This document shows positions 45,735-54,961 of a stretch of DNA of 59,298 bases, in pieces (position 1 is the stretch's first letter; every line of letters starts with the position of its first letter). This stretch comes from an uncultured Candidatus Saccharibacteria bacterium. Its GTDB lineage: Bacteria > Patescibacteriota > Minisyncoccia > JACQLN01 > CAZPCT01. The notes under the pieces are model-generated. The model saw only the letters and a program-made list of their open reading frames with translations, had not been told where the DNA came from and made no database searches. The DNA is taken from NCBI GenBank assembly GCA_964600085.1, contig CAZRHU010000002.1:1-59298 (forward strand). The letters run 5' to 3'. The position numbers were made by a program, and so were the translations under genes.

Positions 45735-46094
45735 ATGACAGGCTACATAAAAGATATAGAAAAAGAAACAAAAGAAAACGATAACTTTAGGAAGGTTCTC
45801 TTTACCGGCTCTAATTCACAGTTAGTGGTTATGAGCTTAAAGCCGGGTGAAGATATAGGGTTGGAAGTTCATGAAGGTCACGATCAATTTATAAGAATAG
45901 AAGAGGGAGAAGGTAAAGCCATTCTTAGCGAAGAAGAATACGATATTAAAGACGATTGGGCTATAGTTGTTCCTAGCGGAGTAAAACATAATATTACTAA
46001 CACATCCGAAGATAAAGATATGAAGCTGTACACTGTTTACTCTCCCCCGGAACATCCGGAAGGAACAATCCAAGCAACAAAAAACTCCTCATAA
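45735..46094 (+). CDS. cupin-domain protein
   Basis: 119 aa. GLEVHEGHDQFIRIEEG and VVPSGVKHNITN are the two cupin motifs. Confidence 0.8.
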   Translation: MTGYIKDIEKETKENDNFRKVLFTGSNSQLVVMSLKPGEDIGLEVHEGHDQFIRIEEGEGKAILSEEEYDIKDDWAIVVPSGVKHNITNTSEDKDMKLYTVYSPPEHPEGTIQATKNSS

Positions 46095-46106
46095 AGGAGT
46101 TTTTTG
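46079..46106. terminator. bidirectional intrinsic terminator
   Basis: AAAAACTCC-TCATAA-AGGAGTTTTTT, overlapping the cupin stop. Confidence 0.7.
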
Positions 46107-46125
46107 TTTTAGTGCTTATTACTCA

Positions 46126-47676
46126 TTAAAAATTAGATACCAGACTTTCCCCCTCCATGTCTGAAGGAATTTTTATTTCCAAAAACTCTAAAATAGTTGC
46201 GGTTACATCGGGTAGAATACCCACAACCTCCGTGTTTAACTGAGCTTCTCTTTCTAATTTAAACTTGTTTCCAACTATATAGAAAGGAACAGGGTTTTTA
46301 GAGTGTTCTGTGAGCTTGTCTCCACTATTCACCTCCATCATCTCCTCAGCATTTCCATGATCAGCTGTGACTATAGCTACTCCATCTGTCTCCAAGAGGG
46401 CTTCCAGGACCTTGCCTACTGCTGTATCGACCACCTCTACTCCTTTTATGGCGGAACTCATATCTCCCGTGTGACCTATCATATCAGCGTTGGCAAAGTT
46501 AGCTAAAATAAAGTCAAATCTATTAGATTTTATTGCTCTGCACAACTCCTCAGATATTTCCAAAGCTCTCATCTCTGGTTTTTCTGAAAAAAAGTGGTCG
46601 GAATTTGATGGAATTAATTTTCTCTTTTCTCCCTTGACCTCTAATTCTCTTCCTCCATTAAAGAAGTAAGTTACGTGGGCGTATTTTTCCGTTTCTGCTA
46701 TTTTAAGTTGAGTTTTTTTTGCTCTAGATATTAACTCTGAAAGAGAATTTTTTATTTTTTTAGGTGGAAAGGCGATATTAGCAACGGTTTCTTTTTCGTA
46801 TTCCACCATACTAACAAAATAAAGATTATTTATTTTAGGTAATTTAAGTTCTGTTTTTTCTGGCTCTGTAAAAGCTCTGGTTATCTCTCGGGCCCGATCC
46901 TCTCTAAAATTAAAGAATATAACAGAATCATTTTCTTTTATTAAACCCGGTTCTTCTCCAGGGTTTTTAATAATAACTGGCTCCATAAACTGATCTGTAA
47001 CACCTTCTCTATATTTATTTTCTAGCGCTGAAACCGGATCTTTTACTAAATATCCTTCACCCTTCACTAATAATTTCCAGGCTCTGTCTATTCTCTCCCA
47101 GTTATTATTCCTATCCATAGCGTATTTACGACCTATTAAGGTACTTAGTTTTATATGTATGTTTTTGGAAATATCTTTTTGGAGTCGTTTTATCAACTCT
47201 ACACCCTCTTTTGGAGGACTATCTCTTCCGTCTAAGAATAAATGAAGAAAGACCCTCTCAACTTTCTCTTTTTTTACAAATTCTACAAGAGAATTTAAGT
47301 GTTCCGTCCTAGAATGAACACTTCCGCTCCCCAGAAGACCCATTATATGCAGCGAAGATGAAAATCTTCTTGTGTGCTCAACGGCCTTTTTAAATTCTTT
47401 ATTTTCGTAAAAAGAGCCATTTTCTATACAGTGACTTATCCTTACTGCTGGTTGGTATTGTATTTGGCCTGTTCCTAAACTTATGTGTCCTACTTCAGAA
47501 TTTCCAGGTTCTTCCCAAGGGAGTCCAACGCTAATTCCCGAAGCCTGTAAGAGCCCCGATGGGAAATTTTTACCAAGCGTATCTATGTTTGGAGTTTTTG
47601 CTTGAAGAATAGCATTACCTCTGATTTGTTCTTTATAACCCCAACCATCCAAAATTATTAAAACAACAGGTTTCAT
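46126..47676 (-). CDS. gpmI: 2,3-bisphosphoglycerate-independent phosphoglycerate mutase
   Basis: LIILDGWG N-terminus, catalytic Ser region GNSEVGH, and C-terminal ADHGNAE. Confidence 0.9.
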   Translation of the reverse strand: MKPVVLIILDGWGYKEQIRGNAILQAKTPNIDTLGKNFPSGLLQASGISVGLPWEEPGNSEVGHISLGTGQIQYQPAVRISHCIENGSFYENKEFKKAVEHTRRFSSSLHIMGLLGSGSVHSRTEHLNSLVEFVKKEKVERVFLHLFLDGRDSPPKEGVELIKRLQKDISKNIHIKLSTLIGRKYAMDRNNNWERIDRAWKLLVKGEGYLVKDPVSALENKYREGVTDQFMEPVIIKNPGEEPGLIKENDSVIFFNFREDRAREITRAFTEPEKTELKLPKINNLYFVSMVEYEKETVANIAFPPKKIKNSLSELISRAKKTQLKIAETEKYAHVTYFFNGGRELEVKGEKRKLIPSNSDHFFSEKPEMRALEISEELCRAIKSNRFDFILANFANADMIGHTGDMSSAIKGVEVVDTAVGKVLEALLETDGVAIVTADHGNAEEMMEVNSGDKLTEHSKNPVPFYIVGNKFKLEREAQLNTEVVGILPDVTATILEFLEIKIPSDMEGESLVSNF

Positions 47677-47729
47677 AGTTAGTTAAAAGTTACAGTTATT
47701 ATTATAACATTTCTTTTTACTTTTAATTT

Positions 47730-47758
47730 TTGACACAGCTGGATTTTATTGCTAAGTT
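47730..47758 (+). promoter_or_regulatory. candidate promoter TTGACA-N17-TAAGTT upstream of rny
   Basis: TTGACA at 47730-47735 and TAAGTT at 47753-47758. It leaves a leader of about 135 nt. Confidence 0.4.
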
Positions 47759-47900
47759 TAATTACGGATTTATTAATTATTTGTTAATTAAGAGTTGTCT
47801 AAAGGGCAACAAAGATTGTTGATAAGCTTATTTTAAGAAGATGGTTTTTAAACTAGAAAGCACTTAGCAAAAAGAAACTTTATGACGACTCGTAGGAAAT

Positions 47901-49424
47901 ATGAACAACTTAATACTCATAGCGACACTAGGCTTAGCTGTGGGCCTGGTTCTTGGTTACTTTATAAGGCAAATTATTGCCAAACAGCGAGCGGGGAGCT
48001 TAGAAGCTCGTCTTCAGAAAGCCGCCGAAAAAACTAAGACGGAGGCAAAAGAGCATTTACTAGAGGCAAAAAACAAGGCCGTCCAGATACTAGAGGACGC
48101 CAAAAAACAAGAAAGAGAAAGACAAGCTAACCTCTCTAAAATAGAAGAGCTTCTTTTGAAGCGCGAGGAGGGTATAGATAAAAAAACCAAAGAAGTAGAA
48201 GAAAAGGAAAAAACATTGGACGAGAGCTATAAAAAGACAGAAGAGTTGAATAAAGATCTAGAAGAAGCTAAGGAAAAAAAGCTAGAAGAACTTCAGAACC
48301 TCTCGGGTCTTTCGAGAGAGAGAGCTAAAGAAGAGCTTTTAAATTTGATTAAAAAAGAAAACGAAGAACTTCTTTTAAAAGAGTTTCATAATCTAGAAAG
48401 AGAAGGTAAAGAAAAGTTAGACAAGAGAGCAAAAGAAATTCTTTCGTCTTCTTTACAGAGGTATTCCGGTTCTGTTGTTTCGGAAGTTACTACCAGTTAT
48501 GTTGATTTACCTTCGGAAGAATTAAAAGGAAAGATAATTGGTAAAGAGGGTCGAAATATCAAGGCCTTGGAGAGGCTAACAGGTGTCGATGTTGTTGTCG
48601 ATGAAACGCCAGATTCGGTTATGATTTCTAGCTTCGATCCTATTCGTCGTCAAATAGCAAAAGTAGCTCTAGAGACCTTGATAAAAGATGGTAGAATTCA
48701 GCCCGCAAAAATTGAAGAAGCAGTAGCCGATGCTAGAGATGCTATTAATGAAAAAATAAAAGAGGCGGGCGAAGCCGCTGTTTACGATGTTGGTATTACC
48801 GGATTAGATCCTCGTTTAGTTCAATTATTAGGTCGTTTAAGGTATCGAACCAGCTTTGGTCAAAATATGCTTCTTCACTCTATAGAGGCTGCCCATATAG
48901 CCGGAATGTTAGCCAGCGAATTAGGGGCCGATGTACAGGTTTCAAAAAAAGGAGCCCTATTTCATGATATTGGAAAAGCTATAGATCATGAAGTTCAAGG
49001 CACTCACGTTGAAATAGGTCGTAGAATACTGGATAAATTTGGAGTTGATGAAAGTGTTATAAAGGCAATGCAGTCTCATCATAATGATTATCCTTACGAA
49101 ACTACGGAAGCAATTATTGTTCAGGTGGCTGAATCTATATCTGCTGCTAGGCCGGGCGCTAGAAAAGACACCGTGGAGGCCTATTTGAAGCGTTTAGAAG
49201 ATATAGAGAAAATAGTCTCCTCATTTAATGGGGTGGATAAGTCTTATGCTATTCAAGCCGGTAGAGAAGTGAGGGTTTTTGTTAAACCAGAAAAAATAAG
49301 CGATTTAGAAATGCACCAGTTAGCTGGCAGAATAGCTAAACAGCTAGAGACAGAGCTTAAGTATCCCGGAGAAATTAAAGTTAATGTTATTAGAGAATCC
49401 CGAGCGATTGAATATGCTAAGTAG
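47901..49424 (+). CDS. rny: ribonuclease Y
   Basis: N-terminal TM, long coiled coil, KH domain (GKIIGKEGRNIKALE) and HD domain (LFHDIGKA). Confidence 0.95.
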   Translation: MNNLILIATLGLAVGLVLGYFIRQIIAKQRAGSLEARLQKAAEKTKTEAKEHLLEAKNKAVQILEDAKKQERERQANLSKIEELLLKREEGIDKKTKEVEEKEKTLDESYKKTEELNKDLEEAKEKKLEELQNLSGLSRERAKEELLNLIKKENEELLLKEFHNLEREGKEKLDKRAKEILSSSLQRYSGSVVSEVTTSYVDLPSEELKGKIIGKEGRNIKALERLTGVDVVVDETPDSVMISSFDPIRRQIAKVALETLIKDGRIQPAKIEEAVADARDAINEKIKEAGEAAVYDVGITGLDPRLVQLLGRLRYRTSFGQNMLLHSIEAAHIAGMLASELGADVQVSKKGALFHDIGKAIDHEVQGTHVEIGRRILDKFGVDESVIKAMQSHHNDYPYETTEAIIVQVAESISAARPGARKDTVEAYLKRLEDIEKIVSSFNGVDKSYAIQAGREVRVFVKPEKISDLEMHQLAGRIAKQLETELKYPGEIKVNVIRESRAIEYAK

Positions 49425-49540
49425 TTGGTGTGGTTGCGTAAAAATAGGCATTTTTGCTATTATATATAGCGTAAATAGCTAGTTTTAGCTTTTGTTCTAA
49501 AAGGTCGATAGTGGTTAAGAGTAAAAAATGAAATAATTTT

Positions 49541-49813
49541 ATGACAAAAACAGACCTAATCGACGCAATTGCTGCTAAGGTCGGCAAGCCAAAGACCGAA
49601 GTTGGGGAGACTGTTGACGCTATTGTCGACACCATCACCCAAAAAATGGTTGAAGGTGAAGATGTTAATATTACAGGCTTTGGCATCTTCAAGGCTTCTC
49701 ATCGAAAAGCTCGTCAGGGTGTAAACCCTCGCACCGGTGAGAAGATTCAAATTGAAGCTCGTAATGTTCCTAAGTTTCGACCTTCAAAGACCTTAAAAGA
49801 CGCAGTTAAGTAA
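49541..49813 (+). CDS. hup: HU-family DNA-binding protein
   Basis: MTKTDLIDAIA..GFGIFKASHRKARQGVNPRTGEKIQI. Confidence 0.95.
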   Translation: MTKTDLIDAIAAKVGKPKTEVGETVDAIVDTITQKMVEGEDVNITGFGIFKASHRKARQGVNPRTGEKIQIEARNVPKFRPSKTLKDAVK

Positions 49814-49822
49814 AAAATACTT

Positions 49823-49863
49823 TCAATTAAAACAGCTCTCGTATTTGGGAGCTGTTTTAATTG
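49823..49863 (+). terminator. intrinsic terminator of hup
   Basis: CAATTAAAACAGCTC-N9-GGAGCTGTTTTAATTG. Confidence 0.75.
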
Positions 49864-49899
49864 ACCCTATTCTTTGATACTGTTAGAATTAATCAGCGT

Positions 49900-49924
49900 T
49901 AACGGGCTATAGCCCGTTAGAGAT
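49900..49924. repeat. palindrome / left inverted repeat flanking the GIY-YIG gene
   Basis: AACGGGCTATAGCCCGTT is a perfect palindrome (49901-49918). 49907-49924 is the exact reverse complement of 50181-50198. 49900-49912 is a direct copy of 50186-50198. Confidence 0.85.
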
Positions 49925-50188
49925 ATGTCTATGTGGTATGTTTATGTAATTAAAAGTAAAATAGATGAATGGTATACAGGCTCTACGAAAGATTTGCAAA
50001 AAAGAATTTTAAAGCATAATTCAGGAAAGAATAAATCCACAAAACATGGTGTTCCTTGGAAATTAATTTATTATGAAGGAAGTTTAAATAAAAAAGATGC
50101 GAGAGCTCGCGAAAAGTATTTAAAATCCGGCATGGGTAAACGGTTTATTAAAAATCGTTTAAAATTCTTTTTTGACGAGCATCTCTAA
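49925..50188 (+). CDS. GIY-YIG nuclease-domain protein (UPF0213-like)
   Basis: WYVYVIKSKIDEWYTGSTKDLQKRILKHN..ARAREKYLKS gives the GIY..YxG..R..H..E pattern. 87 aa. The stop codon directly abuts tRNA-Pro. Confidence 0.85.
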   Translation: MSMWYVYVIKSKIDEWYTGSTKDLQKRILKHNSGKNKSTKHGVPWKLIYYEGSLNKKDARAREKYLKSGMGKRFIKNRLKFFFDEHL

Positions 50189-50198
50189 CGGGCTATAG
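50181..50198. repeat. right inverted repeat (overlaps ORF stop and first 10 nt of tRNA-Pro)
   Basis: ATCTCTAACGGGCTATAG is the reverse complement of 49907-49924. Confidence 0.85.
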
Positions 50199-50262
50199 TG
50201 TAATGGCAGCACGAGACGTTTGGGACGTTTTAGTCCCGGTTCGAGTCCGGGTAGCCCGACCA
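50189..50262 (+). tRNA. tRNA-Pro (anticodon UGG), CCA encoded
   Basis: Acceptor CGGGCUA/UAGCCCG, anticodon loop UUUGGGA, T-loop UUCGAGU, 3' ACCA. Confidence 0.85.
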
Positions 50263-50277
50263 TAAAAACATTTTGAG

Positions 50278-50988
50278 ATGGCTCAAAAAATACTGGAGGT
50301 AAAAAATTTAAATATTAAATTGGGCGGGGAAGATATTATAAAAGATCTCTCTTTTGAAGTAGAAGAAGGGGATGTTTTTACTATCTTAGGGCCTAATGGC
50401 GCCGGTAAGACCACTCTCTTTAGAGCTTTATTGGGAATGGTTCCTTATACAGGGGAGATTATTTGGTCGGAAGAAAAAGATAATAGAAGACCTAAGATGG
50501 GTTATATCCCAGAACGTCTATCTAGAGAGAAATTTAGAGAAGCTCCTGTATCAACTAAAGAATTTTTTAGATTTAAAAACTCTTCAGACAGAGAGATATT
50601 AGAAATTCTTAAAGAAGTAGGATTGAGTAAAAAAGTTCTCAATAAGTCGCCAGCCGATCTTTCTTCGGGTCAGTTTCAAAGAGTTTTAGTTGCCTGGAGT
50701 TTAATAGGAGATCCGAGAATTCTTCTTTTTGATGAGCCGACTAGTGGTATTGATATTAAAGGAGAAGAAGCGGTTTATTCTCTTTTAGGTAAGATTTGGA
50801 AGAAAGAGAATATGAGCGTTTTTCTAATCAGTCATGATTTAAACATTGTCCACAAACACTCGAATAAAGTTCTCTGTTTAAATAAGAAGAAAATCTCTTT
50901 AGGGTCGCCCAAAGAGATGCTAACGTCAGAAGTCTTAAAAAAGCTTTATGGTAGCGATATAAAATTTCATTTACATCACCACAGCTGA
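50278..50988 (+). CDS. ABC transporter ATP-binding protein (metal/ZnuC-like)
   Basis: Walker A GPNGAGKTT, signature LSSGQFQR, Walker B LLFDEPTSGID and a His-rich C-terminus (HLHHHS). Confidence 0.85.
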   Translation: MAQKILEVKNLNIKLGGEDIIKDLSFEVEEGDVFTILGPNGAGKTTLFRALLGMVPYTGEIIWSEEKDNRRPKMGYIPERLSREKFREAPVSTKEFFRFKNSSDREILEILKEVGLSKKVLNKSPADLSSGQFQRVLVAWSLIGDPRILLFDEPTSGIDIKGEEAVYSLLGKIWKKENMSVFLISHDLNIVHKHSNKVLCLNKKKISLGSPKEMLTSEVLKKLYGSDIKFHLHHHS

Positions 50989-50990
50989 TT

Positions 50991-51764
50991 ATGGACAATC
51001 AACTAGTTTTAAGTTTAATAACAGCTATATTTATCGGAGGAGTTGCTGGTTATATCGGCTCTCTTATGATAACTAAAAAAATGGCTTTAGTGGGGGGACC
51101 TCTGGGGCATCTTGCTCTCCCCGGGGCAGCTCTAGGTCTGCTTTATAACTTTAATGTTTTTTGGGGAGCTTTAGGAACAATAATATTGGGAGCTGTTATT
51201 ATTTGGCTTTTAGAGATCAGAACTAAACTTCCAATTGAGGCTTTAACAGGCCTGGTTTTCGCAGCTGGCGTGGCTTTTAGTTTTTTAGTTTTGCCGATGA
51301 CTCAAGCAGAAGAAGCTTTAATAGGAGACATTACAAAAATAAACCTTTTAGATTTAATTTTAGCCATAGTCTTAGGAACTATTGTTTTCTTGATTATTAA
51401 GAAGATTTATTCTAAGATGGTTTTGGCTAGTATTTCAGAAGAGATGGCTAGAGCAGAAAAAATCGATATTAAAAAATACAATTTAATTTATTTAGCCGCT
51501 GTTGCTGTGGTTGTTGCTCTTGAAGTAAAGATAGTTGGTGGCTTGCTAACAGTTGCTATGTTGGTTATTCCAGCCTCAGCATCGAATAATTTCAGTAAGA
51601 ACCTTTCTCAATACTCTCTAGGGGCTCTAATTATCGGAGTTGTTACTGCTGTTTTAGGTGTGTTAATCTTTAGTTCTACCGGCTTGCCGGCTGGTCCCCT
51701 AGTAATTCTTTCTGGTGTTGTTATATTTCTAATTTCCTTACTTTTTAAAGTTAAAAGATCTTAA
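50991..51764 (+). CDS. ABC-3 family metal-transport permease (ZnuB/MntB-like)
   Basis: 257 aa with 7-8 TM helices, 2 nt downstream of the ATPase. No substrate-binding protein gene is adjacent. Confidence 0.75.
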   Translation: MDNQLVLSLITAIFIGGVAGYIGSLMITKKMALVGGPLGHLALPGAALGLLYNFNVFWGALGTIILGAVIIWLLEIRTKLPIEALTGLVFAAGVAFSFLVLPMTQAEEALIGDITKINLLDLILAIVLGTIVFLIIKKIYSKMVLASISEEMARAEKIDIKKYNLIYLAAVAVVVALEVKIVGGLLTVAMLVIPASASNNFSKNLSQYSLGALIIGVVTAVLGVLIFSSTGLPAGPLVILSGVVIFLISLLFKVKRS

Positions 51765-51767
51765 AAA

Positions 51768-51842
51768 GCGGGTATCGTATAGTGGCTATTATATCTGCCT
51801 TCCAAGCAGAGGACACGGGTTCGACTCCCGTTACCCGCTCCA
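51768..51842 (+). tRNA. tRNA-Gly (anticodon UCC), CCA encoded
   Basis: Acceptor GCGGGUA/UACCCGC, anticodon loop CUUCCAA, discriminator U, 3' CCA. Confidence 0.85.
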
Positions 51843-51846
51843 TACC

Positions 51847-51875
51847 AAAAAAAACACCCACGGGGGTGTTTTTTT
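51847..51875. terminator. bidirectional intrinsic terminator (copy 1 of a 30-nt identical element)
   Basis: AAAAAAAACACCC-ACGG-GGGTGTTTTTTT. Confidence 0.8.
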
Positions 51876-51894
51876 GAGGAGACAAGGTGAAAAA

Positions 51895-53679
51895 TTACCA
51901 ACTACCACCACCTCCGCCGCCAGAACCGCCGCCGGAAAAACCTCCACTGCTGAAACCGCTACTAGAACCTGATCTCGGAGAACTAATATTAAAAACATGA
52001 TTGAAAGAGTTATTAAATACAATCATATTTTTTACAAGATCGTGACTATTAAATCTTGACGAGGTTGAATCTTCATACCAACTTGGTGTTTTTTGGTATA
52101 CGTTTTCAAACTTGTTTGCCCACTTATCTTCAACGCCCAAAACCATAGCGTAAGCCAGAAATTTTTCAAAAATTTCTGGCTCTAATTTCGGAGCATTAAG
52201 AAGTTCCAACTTATCTTTTTCAGTTAATTGTAAAAACTCTCTAAATCCTAATATTTTCTTTAGCGTAGACATTCCAAGAGATGTTAGTTTATTGGTTTGT
52301 TTAGCCAATAAAACAGAAAAAAAGATTACCAAAGCAGTAATAATAAAAACAATCAAGAATCCGATTTTACTCATAAATAGCAAAGATATTAGAAATCCTA
52401 CAAAGAAAGTGATTATTAAAATCGATAATGCGATTTTTATTTTTTTATATTTTTTATCAATCTCTTTTTTAAAATAGCCATTATTTTTTAACTTTTCTTC
52501 TACATCATCCTTTATTTCTTCAATATTAGAATGAAAGCTTGTTCTCTCATCTTCTAGGTCACTAAGCTTAACGCTTTCTCTGTTGCTGAATAATAAATCA
52601 AAAATTATTTTATCCACAGAATTAAGTGGTCTGTTGTTATTTTTCGTTTTTACTATTTCAAAGTCGTTTTTATCAGGAAGAAAACGAATTTTTTTAGTAA
52701 TGTATTTAATTTTTATAAATCCTCTTACAGCTAAGTCTATAATTATTGAAGATACATCTGTTGTGTCAACTTGACGATCTAATATTGTTCCAACCTCAAT
52801 GGGCGATAAATTACTTGGTGGGTCGTATGAAACAATAATGGGTTCTCCTCTTAACCTTCTTGGAATAACTGGTCTTGGGTTCTTTTTCCTGTTTTTATAA
52901 ATTAGAGACAGAATGATGATCATAATTAGAATAATAAGAGGAAGAAAAGCGACTAGTATGAAAAATTTGTTAGAGTTCGAATTTTCTGGTTCAACATATA
53001 CGTTCTGCACATATGTTGGAGGAAAACCAACCACAATGGTTAATCCTTCTCCCACATCAAGAGGCTTAGTGGTTTTATATTCTACAGCTGAATTATTATG
53101 GCTGAAAGTACAACTTTTGTTATTTTCCCCATAAAGTCCAGTGAAACACCTTGTCATGACATCGGGAATCATGGGGTCTGGAAGAATTACTTTAACGCTT
53201 CCAGATAATATTTCCACGGGCCAATCATTTCCTGTAGCATTCCAATACAGCTCATCATGATCTTCAAATTCTCTAATTGCGTTGTAGGCCTTGTAACTAA
53301 TAACATAATTATTTGGACCTGTTATTAATTTATTTGGGTCACCTATTTTGATGGTTAGTATGTTATTTGAAAGAGATGTGACGTATGAGTAAGGATTGCC
53401 TTCTTCATCTGTAACATTGAGAACTTCAACAATTAAGGTTGGACCGTCGGCAGGTTTTAGAGGTATCTTTCTAAAGATGCCGTGCCCCGGATTCTTTTTA
53501 AAGTCATAGACTATATTTTCAATAACATCAATAGATCCATCTTCCTGAATAGTTATACCAACCCCAAAATTCTTTATCAATTCACTTTCTGCCTTAACTG
53601 TTTTTGCTAAACCAAAAAAAGCCAACAAAAACAGAGCAATAAACAACCCTGTGCTGACTTTTTTATTTGTGAGAAACAT
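51895..53679 (-). CDS. DUF2207-like membrane protein with Gly-rich C-terminus
   Basis: Signal peptide, large extracytoplasmic N-domain, three TM segments and a C-terminal SSGGFSGGGSGGGGGGSW. It is paired with lemA, as is usual for this family. Confidence 0.75.
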   Translation of the reverse strand: MFLTNKKVSTGLFIALFLLAFFGLAKTVKAESELIKNFGVGITIQEDGSIDVIENIVYDFKKNPGHGIFRKIPLKPADGPTLIVEVLNVTDEEGNPYSYVTSLSNNILTIKIGDPNKLITGPNNYVISYKAYNAIREFEDHDELYWNATGNDWPVEILSGSVKVILPDPMIPDVMTRCFTGLYGENNKSCTFSHNNSAVEYKTTKPLDVGEGLTIVVGFPPTYVQNVYVEPENSNSNKFFILVAFLPLIILIMIIILSLIYKNRKKNPRPVIPRRLRGEPIIVSYDPPSNLSPIEVGTILDRQVDTTDVSSIIIDLAVRGFIKIKYITKKIRFLPDKNDFEIVKTKNNNRPLNSVDKIIFDLLFSNRESVKLSDLEDERTSFHSNIEEIKDDVEEKLKNNGYFKKEIDKKYKKIKIALSILIITFFVGFLISLLFMSKIGFLIVFIITALVIFFSVLLAKQTNKLTSLGMSTLKKILGFREFLQLTEKDKLELLNAPKLEPEIFEKFLAYAMVLGVEDKWANKFENVYQKTPSWYEDSTSSRFNSHDLVKNMIVFNNSFNHVFNISSPRSGSSSGFSSGGFSGGGSGGGGGGSW

Positions 53680-54236
53680 TAAAAAGATACTTTTACCAAT
53701 TCTTTTTCACTTTCTTCTGCCCCAAAAAAATCTGATTTCTTGAAACTAAACAGGGTAGCGATAATATTGGTTGGGAATACTTGGATAGTGTTATTCAGTT
53801 CTCTTGTTGCAGCGTTGTAGTATCGTCTTGCTGACTCGATATCATTTTCAACTGTAGACAGCTCATCTTGTAGCTTTTGGAAATTTTTTGATGATTTTAA
53901 ATCTGGATAGTTTTCAGCAACCGCAAAGAGATTTTTTAAAGCACCAGTCAATGAATTCTCTGCTTTGGCTCTTTTTTCCACATCCCCTTTTTGGTTTATA
54001 GCTTCAGTTCGTGCTTTGGTAACTTTTTCGAGAATTGATGCCTCGTAATCCTTATAGCCCTTAACAGTTTCTACAAGATTAGGAATCAAGTCGTAGCGTT
54101 TTTTGAGCTGGACGTCTATATCTGCCCAAGCATTTTTAACTCGATTATTCTTCTTTATTAGTGAGTTAAACGCAATTACAATCCAAATAATTATAATAAC
54201 TCCGATTCCAATCAATATTAAATAAGTTAAAGGCAT
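53679..54236 (-). CDS. lemA: LemA family protein
   Basis: N-terminal TM then [27 protein letters not shown]..YYN, typical of LemA. Confidence 0.9.
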   Translation of the reverse strand: [185 protein letters not shown]

Positions 54237-54301
54237 AGTTTTTAAGTTTAACTAATATTAAGATTATTATATCAATTTTAGAAAATTGTGACTAGATAAT
54301 C

Positions 54302-54329
54302 AAAAAAACACCCACGGGGGTGTTTTTTT
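54302..54329. terminator. bidirectional intrinsic terminator (copy 2 of identical element)
   Basis: AAAAAAACACCCACGGGGGTGTTTTTTTGA is identical over 30 nt to 51848-51877. Confidence 0.8.
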
Positions 54330-54344
54330 GATTTAAATTTCCAA

Positions 54345-54953
54345 TTATTTCTTTTTGGTTTTCTTACTCTTCTTGTCGGGGTAGATTATCTCATCTACCA
54401 CTCCATATTTTTGGGCTTCTTCTGATGTCATCCAAAAATCTCGATCGGTGTCTTTTCCTATTCTAGATAAAGATTGACCTGTATGTTTAGCTAAAATTTT
54501 ATTCAATCTCTCTTTTAGATTTACTATGTGTTTTGCGGAGATCTCTATTTCTGTGGCCTGTCCCTCGGCTCCACCCATTACCTGGTGTATAAGCACTTCC
54601 GAATTAGGCAAGGCAAACCTCTTCTTCTTAGCTCCAGACGCTAAGAGTAGAGCTCCCATAGAAGCGGCGATGCCGACGCAGAATGTTTGGATGTCACACT
54701 TCACATGTTGCATGGTGTCGTAGATAGCCATTCCGGCTGTAACTGATCCGCCCGGACTGTTTATGTAAAGATAGATATCTTTTTTAGGATCTTCGCTTTC
54801 CAAGAATAAGAGCTGAGCAATAACCGTGTTAGCTACAGCGTCTGTAATAGGGCCACCGACGAAGATTATTCTTTCTTTAAGAAGGCGAGAATAAATGTCA
54901 TAAGCCCTCTCTCCTCTGTGAGTTTTTTCTATTACCGTTGGAATTAATTGCAT
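54345..54953 (-). CDS. clpP: ATP-dependent Clp protease proteolytic subunit
   Basis: Catalytic Ser (GIAASMGA), His (IHQV) and Asp. The N-terminus [22 protein letters not shown] matches the family. Confidence 0.95.
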   Translation of the reverse strand: MQLIPTVIEKTHRGERAYDIYSRLLKERIIFVGGPITDAVANTVIAQLLFLESEDPKKDIYLYINSPGGSVTAGMAIYDTMQHVKCDIQTFCVGIAASMGALLLASGAKKKRFALPNSEVLIHQVMGGAEGQATEIEISAKHIVNLKERLNKILAKHTGQSLSRIGKDTDRDFWMTSEEAQKYGVVDEIIYPDKKSKKTKKK

Positions 54954-54961
54954 GTCTTTAG

